In this document: positions 56,257 to 64,000 of the stretch, piece after piece
Position numbering within the stretch: the stretch's first letter is position 1
How the letters are laid out: every line of letters starts with the position of its first letter
Assembly (NCBI GenBank): GCA_951406725.2
Contig: OX597827.1
Coordinates: forward strand, 64,170,001 to 64,234,000
DNA length: 64,000 nucleotides
Reading direction: 5' to 3'
DNA from: Octopus vulgaris
Lineage: Eukaryota
The notes under the pieces: model-generated
The model's database searches: none
The model's input: only the letters and a program-made list of their open reading frames with translations
What the model was told of the DNA's origin: nothing
Translations under genes and position numbers: made by a program

Positions 56257-57076
56257 GGGTGAATACTTGATAAATGTAAGCACCTGTATATATTTTGATA
56301 CATATATATATATATACATACATATAAACCCAGTCTACTGTATTTTTATTATTAAATATTATTAGGAATTGTATATAAAATGATAATATTTTGTGTAATG
56401 CACAAATGTAAACAATTTACTGCACATAAATTCTAACAACAAAATCTTATATGGAGCTCAGTTGAGAACCACCAGACCAAACCCTTCGAGGCGGTGCTCC
56501 AGCGTGGCCGCAGTCAAATGAATGAAACAAGTAAAAATGGTAAGTAATTTCAGCCGAATGAAGTGCAAGTAAAGCCAGCTTGCATTTGAACTCAGAAGTC
56601 AGTTGTAATATAATGAAATACAGATTCTTTTTCACTGTACCTTATCTTGTTTAATGCCAAAAAAGGCTGATAACATATTCTCTTTTATTTGCATTTCCAT
56701 TATTGAAGCTTTCTTTCATTTCTGTTCTATATTTATAGTTTGTATGAATACAATTAAAAGGTTTTGATAATGACTATTCTAGTTGTTCGGCTAATTGAAC
56801 TGGACGGATGGATGGTTCTCCGTCGTTCGACGACGAAGGTTTAGTTGTGCTAAAAGTCTAAGTGACTTTACCCTTAAGCAGAACCAGCGTGATGTAGCTT
56901 GCGTCTAAACTTGGCTGGTTTGTATGCTTGCTATGTTTCTCAAGTGATGTAAACACACATGAGGAGACCCTGAGTAGCCCATCCCACTCAAAAGGTCCCT
57001 GAATTTATTTATTTATTTATTTATTCATCATCATCATCATCATCAATATTATTATTATCATCATTATTATTATCAT

Positions 57077-57623
57077 TGAGTGAGAGAGCAGTTCATGCCA
57101 TCAAAGTGACACTGGGGTAAAACATACGAAGCCCAGTATACCCATCGTGACTACCCGTCTGATAAGGATACACCAGGCACATTCATCACGACCACATGTA
57201 CGCGATATGGTGACCTTATATCAAGATAAACAGCACATGACCTTGCAGGTGAGGCCCAGTTAGAATTTTCTTCAGGCCGAATAGCTCACCCTGCTCAAAA
57301 TGTCCTTGAATATGGGTTGTTTAAGGATATTAAACGAAACACCCATGTTTCCAGAGGTGAATTATTCAAACCCTGAAGAATTCCTCTTAGCACATGGCTA
57401 TGATGCTCCCCCACTACTTCTGCTCGTGATCAGAGATGCACGTATCGTCAGTCACTAAGGGACATGCTCAACTGGTTACGGTCAAACAACTGACAAGCAA
57501 ATCTGTGGTATTGAGCAGAATATTTGCTGTAGCCCATCTTTTATACCAAGACAAAACATGGTAACACTTTCAATCAGTCAAGATCAGATACCATGAGAGT
57601 CACTGCCTGGAACTGCATCAGGA
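57077..57623 (-). mobile_element. ~540-bp (TAA)n-associated element, copy 3
   Basis: Reverse complement of 16077-16615, adjacent to an (ATT/ATC)n tract. Confidence 0.8.
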
Positions 57624-57624
57624 C

Positions 57625-58025
57625 AAAAAGTGTAGGCGGCGGGCTATGAGACTCGAACTCACACCTCCGTGATTACGTATCGCGGTGCTCTAAACTGCAT
57701 ACACCACAAATTCTTCTGCAAATTTAAGATATATAGAAATCTCTCTTTATGAGATGCTATCGTACGTTAAACAGAATTTTAAATCACTTCTTCAACATTC
57801 TAAGACACCTGAACGCTTCTAAAGCAAACTTCGTTTGTTTGTTTACGTTCATGGTAATTTGAATTTAACGTATGATAGCGTCTCATAAAGCGAGATTTCT
57901 ATATATCTTAAATTTGCGGAAGAATTTGTGGTGTGCCTTGTTTAGCTTAATGGTTCAGAGTACCGCGCCGCGTAATCACGGAGGTGTGAGTTCGAGTCTC
58001 ATAGCCGGCCGCTAACCCTTTTTTT
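57625..58025. repeat. Inverted repeat (~150-bp arms, ~92-bp spacer) carrying tRNA-like units
   Basis: 57625-57771 is the reverse complement of 57864-58025, apart from a deletion in the D-arm region of the left copy. Confidence 0.85.
57935..58010 (+). pseudogene. tRNA-Thr(CGT)-like pseudogene followed by an oligo-T terminator
   Basis: A-box TAGCTTAATGG, T-arm GTGAG TTCGAGT CTCAT, loop ..CGTAA, imperfect acceptor GCC../..GGC and a T-run at 58019-58025. Confidence 0.55.
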
Positions 58026-58409
58026 CTGCAAAATAAGGGTAGATTATCCTGTTCAGGCTATATTATTAGCATTATCCTGCGATTGAGAATTTAAAATCCC
58101 TTGTTCAACATTATTATTATTATTATTATTAATTATAATATGATTATTGGATGTTAAAATCTGGATGAAATGCCTCGTATTGTTCAGTTAGGTTCCATTA
58201 TGTTCTCCTGTGAAATCCCACCGACGTCAACTTTGTCTTTCATCCACCTTCGGTCGATATAATAAATGGCTAATCAAGCACTGGGGGGGAAGGGGTCAAT
58301 TCAATCGATCATATTAACTCTTTTGTAAACTTTGATAGCCTTTTTGCCAAAGTTAGCAGATCAATACGTCAGCTTTGATGATCGTCTTCCTTAAATAACT
58401 ATCGCTATC

Positions 58410-58930
58410 AGTGCCGTGATCTCTATCATAACAATCATCATTATCATCGCCATTCTCCTCATCATCACCATTCTCATCATTATTGTCATCATCACCGTAC
58501 TCATCATCATCATCATCATCGCTATTATCGTCATTGTCCTCCTCGTCTTTACCATCATCATCATTATCATTACCTCTTTACCATTACCATCATCATCGTC
58601 GTCGTCGTCGTCATCGTCGTTGTCATCGTCGTCGTCATCGTCATCATCATCATAATCATCATCACTGTCATGGTCATCGTCATCACACGGTATCTTGTCA
58701 TCGTCACCGTCGTCGTCATCATCATCGTCATCATCATCATCACTATCAGTAACTCCATCGGTATCCTGACTGCACAACCGAAACCATCGTCCTAACCACT
58801 AACACCACCACCGCCGCCACCGTCACCACAACCACCGCCACCACCAACACCACCACCATCACCACCATCACCGCCACCGTCACTAACATCATCAACACCA
58901 TCAACGCCACCACTATCACCACCACCACCG
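58410..58930. repeat. Degenerate (ATC/GTC)n and (ACC)n trinucleotide tracts
   Basis: Read directly. Confidence 0.9.
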
Positions 58931-59337
58931 TTGCTAGACGCTTTCTGTCTTCTACCGATACACTTCTGTGCCTTTTAGCACTATACATCATCTACGAGAA
59001 GCTTTCTCGAGTTGAACACTGCAGCTCTGCGGCTTTCTACAATATATCCACGCGAAGCCAGGCATATAAAAAGCTATTCTCAATTTAGCTAGATGATGGA
59101 CTTCTACAAACCGCTAAACACGCAAGAATGGTCACGGACACTTTAAACTTAGACGCGTTCCATCGGAGTTCATGTGCTTGTCAAACCACAACAACAACAA
59201 CAACAACATCAACAACAGCAATAAATCCATAAATAGTATCTTCTTATGTAACACTAATCGTGTGTTGATACATATCATATAAATACATGATAAAAATCCC
59301 GGATTAACAGTGGGTATTGAGGTTAATTCTTTTAAAT

Positions 59338-59369
<32 letters not shown>

Positions 59370-59384
59370 GGTTTTCTCACTGTT

Positions 59385-59436
<52 letters not shown>

Positions 59437-59696
59437 ATCCCTCTCTGTCTTCCTCTATTCTCTCTGAGGCCGCTCCGTACCTCATAGTACAGCCATTGCT
59501 GTATAGTCACTGACACAGATTTAGTAAAGAATATAGTGAGTTCAAGAAAGCATTAAAGAGATTGGAGCACGCTAGATCAATAACCAACGGAAACTATTGT
59601 ATGCGAACAAAGAATTACACTGTTCTTACTCTCTCTCTCTCCCTCTTCCACCCCCTCTGTCTCTCTTTCCCTGTTTCCTCTCTGTCACTAGCCATC

Positions 59697-59872
<176 letters not shown>

Positions 59873-61271
59873 GCTAGCTAGCTAGCAAGCTGTCTGTTGG
59901 TCTATATAGGTGTGTGTATAATACTGTTTTCGTATGATTCTGTCTGTGTGTATGCGTAAGAAAATGGCATGTTCACGCACAGAACATATATATATATATT
60001 CGACGTGATTATTTCAGTTTCCGTCTACCAAATCCACTCGCAAGGCTTTGGTCGACCCGAGGTTTTAGTAAAAGACACTTGCCCAAGGGGCCACGCAGTG
60101 GGACTGAATCCGGATCCATAAAAGTATATTAACTTTGTTTCACCACAAAATATACTTGTAAAATAGTGCGAGAGTACGTCTTATACACCGGCAAAGGCGG
60201 TAATTATGTGACTATAAATAGGTTAAGCAGTTGTAAATATGTATGTAAAGATGAAAGTTACACATATTCAGGTGAGGTATTGATATGCGAAGGCGGCGAG
60301 CTGGCAGAAGCGTTAGCACGCCGGGCGAAATGCTTAGCAACATTTCGTCTGCCGTTACGTTCTGAGTTCAAATTCCGCCGAGGTCGACTTTGCCTTTCAT
60401 CCTTTCGGGGTCGATTAAATAAGTACCAGTTACGCACTGGGGTCGATATAATCGACTTAATCATCCCCTTTGTCTGTCCTTGTTTGTCCTCTCTGTGTTT
60501 AGCCCCTTGTGGGTAGTGAAGAAATAGGTATTTCGCTTGTCGCTACGTTCTGAGTTCAAATTCCGCCTAGGTCGATTTTGCCTTTCATACTTTCGGGATC
60601 GATTAAATAAGTACCAGTTATATATAAATATGTATATATACACACATGTGTGCGCACACAGACACATACATACACATGTATGTATGTGTATCTGTGTTTG
60701 TTCCCCACCGTCGCTTGACGACCGGTGACGGTTCGTTTACCTCCCCGTGTCTTAGATATTTGGCAAAAGAGACCGATAGAATAAATACCAGGCTTAAAAA
60801 ATAGTACTGCGGTTGATTCGTTTGACTTAAAGTTCATCAAGGCGGTGCCCCAGCATGGCCACAATCTAATGGCTGAAACGTGTAAAAGATAGAAAATATT
60901 ACATGTTAGACGTTAGACTACTTATGGATTCATGGAGTTATATGGTTGTACGTATGAGTATCTAGAATTAAATATATATATATATATGGGTGTATATATT
61001 CTTTATTTCTTTTACTTGTTACAGTCATTGGATTGCGGCCATACTGGAGCACCACCTTGTAGGGTTTTCTCGAAGAAGTCAATCCCCTGTACATATTTTT
61101 TTTTAAAAGCCATGTACTTATTGTATCGGTTATCTATTGTCGAACCGTTACACGGGAACAAGCGTAGGGGGAACAAACACGAGCACAAAATAATACACGT
61201 GCACAACACACAAATATACGCCAAAGCCTCGTGAGGGGATTTGGTAGGCGGAAACTGAAAGAAGCCGGTCG

Positions 61272-61306
<35 letters not shown>

Positions 61307-61989
61307 ATGTGTGTATGTATAAGTGTGTCTGTGTTTGTCACCTCAACATCGCTTGACAACCGATGTTGGTGCGTTTACGTCCCCGTGGCTTAGCGGTTCG
61401 GCAAGAGAGACCGATAGAATAAGTACTAGGCTTACGAAGAATAAGTCCTGGGGTCGATTTGCTCGACTAAAGGCGGTGCTCCAGCATGGCCGCAGTCAAC
61501 TGACTGAAACAAATAAAAGAATAAAAGAATAAAAAAAAAGGATATATATATGCACATATATATTCACATATATATATATGCATACATATATATATATATG
61601 TATATATATATATATTGCGGCACTCCGTCGGTTACAACAAGGGTCCCAGCTGATACGATCAACAGAACAGCTTGCTCGTGAAATTAACATGTAAGTGGCT
61701 GAGCACTCCTCAGACACGTGTACCCTTAACATAGTTCTCGGGGAGATTCAGCGTGATACAAAGTGTGACAAGGCTGGCACCTTGAAATACAGGTACAACA
61801 GAAACAAGAAGAAAGAGTGAGAGAAAGCTGTGGTGAAAGAGTACAGCATGGTTCGCCACACACACACACACACCCCTGCCGGAGCTCCGTGGAGTTTTAA
61901 GTGTTTTCTCTCAATAAACACTCACAACACCCGGTCTGGGAATCGAAACTGTGATCCTATAACCACTGGACCATTGCGCCTCCACTAAG

Positions 61990-62312
61990 GAGCACTCCGT
62001 CGGTTACGACGACGAAGGTCCCAGCTGATATGATCAACGGAACAGCTTACTCGTGAAATTAACGTGCAAGGGGCTGAGCACTCCACAGACACGCGTACCC
62101 CTATCGCAGTTCTCAGATAGATTCATCGTGACATAGGATGTAACAAGGCTAGCCCCTTTTGAATTACAGGTACGACTCGTTTTTGCCAACCGAATGGACT
62201 GGAGCAGCGTGAAATGAAGGGTCTTGCTCAAGGACACAACGCGTCGCCGGGAATTGAACTCACGACCTTACGATCATGAGCCGAATGCCCTAACCACTAA
62301 GCGTCGCGCCTT
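61990..62312 (-). mobile_element. tRNA-derived SINE family C, full length, RTE-like tail
   Basis: Head ggcgcgacgcttagtggttagggcattcgg..gagttcaattccc and tail cgtcgtcgtaaccgacggagtgc. Confidence 0.8.
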
Positions 62313-62330
62313 CACAATATATATATATGC

Positions 62331-62465
<135 letters not shown>

Positions 62466-63270
62466 CATACATATATGTATATATATATATATATATGCAC
62501 ATATATATACGCATATATATATATGCACACATATATATGCATATATATATGCATATGTTTCTTATGCATGTAAGTATGTAAGCATGCATATACATACATA
62601 TATATGCATATATATACTTATATATACATATGTGTGTATGTATGTGAGTGTGTGTGCATTCGTTATGTAGTTCAATATACATGTAATATACATACTAAGT
62701 ACTTGAGAAAATAATGCGGTTATTAATACTAACATAGATATTAATTTTATGCCTCGCAGCCATGGGTTTCATAGACAGCCGTGCAATCGTCAGTAAAGGA
62801 AAAGAGGTAAGGGCTTACACAATCCTCCTATATTATCTGTTCGTTTTGGACTGTTCTATTTTACCAAAAGGGCAAGTGGGTGCAGGTCTATCACATTTCG
62901 AATTATATTGCGTTGGGCAAATCGCTGAACAATAAAATAGGAAACTGCTGCACTTACCTCGCTTTGTTTTGTTATGTTTTTGTTTTTTTGCATTATAATG
63001 GACTGTGCGGGGAGTGGGAGCTTAAGACAAGTATTCCTTAAATACATATATCTCGATATATATTCGTTTCAATGGTTTCTCTCTCTCTCGTCTGCTTGTT
63101 CCGTATTCAATCATTTAATTGGTTATAACTAGTTTTCGCCACATGCAACCTACGTAGCTGCGCAGCGGCTTACTACGCGTGCGGTACAGCCTACACAGCG
63201 TAAATACGTTTCGTTGGATACACCAACGCATTATATACATACGTGTGGATATAAATAGATAGAGAGATAG

Positions 63271-63311
<41 letters not shown>

Positions 63312-63480
63312 ATGAGGGAGATGGAAGGATGGATGGATTGATGGATAGATAGATAAATTTAGAGATATGTTTCTTTATTAGCCACACAGGGCTGCACACA
63401 GACGGGACAAATCACAAGGTAGAGCTTTTCTTTTGGGGGATAAAAAAAGGGGGTTTGGTTTTCGATCAAAAGGGATCAGT

Positions 63481-63531
<51 letters not shown>

Positions 63532-63535
63532 GGAC

Positions 63536-63605
<70 letters not shown>

Positions 63606-63606
63606 T

Positions 63607-63645
<39 letters not shown>

Positions 63646-63649
63646 GGAC

Positions 63650-63719
<70 letters not shown>

Positions 63720-63738
63720 AGAGAGAGAGAGAGATAAT

Positions 63739-63790
<52 letters not shown>

Positions 63791-63881
63791 AAGATAGATA
63801 GACTGATTGATTGATTGATAGATTGATAGATAAAAAGATACATACATGAATGGATTGATGGATAGTTAGATAGGCACAAAC

Positions 63882-63917
<36 letters not shown>

Positions 63918-63920
63918 GAC

Positions 63921-63996
<76 letters not shown>

Positions 63997-64000
63997 TTAG
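63481..64000. repeat. Compound minisatellite: (GATA)n-ggaca-(TA)n-(GA)n-taatt unit repeated at least 3 times
   Basis: The same order of microsatellite blocks and junctions recurs at ~63481, ~63608 and ~63885. Confidence 0.85.

Overview
Repeat-dense, AT-rich eukaryotic genomic DNA. It is most consistent with an octopod cephalopod (inference from abundant (TA)n/(CA)n/(GATA)n/(AAT)n tracts, tRNA-derived SINEs and a single-exon C2H2 zinc-finger ORF). Nearly all ORF-track entries are microsatellite artefacts. The real coding content is an R4/Dong-type RLE LINE with two frameshifts (1-2792) and one C2H2 zinc-finger gene (36656-38062, minus). The window also holds fragments of R4/Dong, RTE and CR1/L2 LINEs, a decayed full-length mariner (28785-30443), non-autonomous Helitrons, palindromic MITEs, several SINE families with head-to-tail arrays, and a ~540-bp (TAA)n-targeting element. 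The most notable unannotated signal is a set of six type I hammerhead ribozyme motifs of the Penelope/retrozyme kind, plus two weaker ones. All lie on the minus strand, mostly inside short elements embedded in (TA)n tracts. Other highlights are an inversion revealed by a split target-site duplication and an inverted-repeat element carrying two divergent tRNA-Thr-like units. All calls were made by eye, without database searches.
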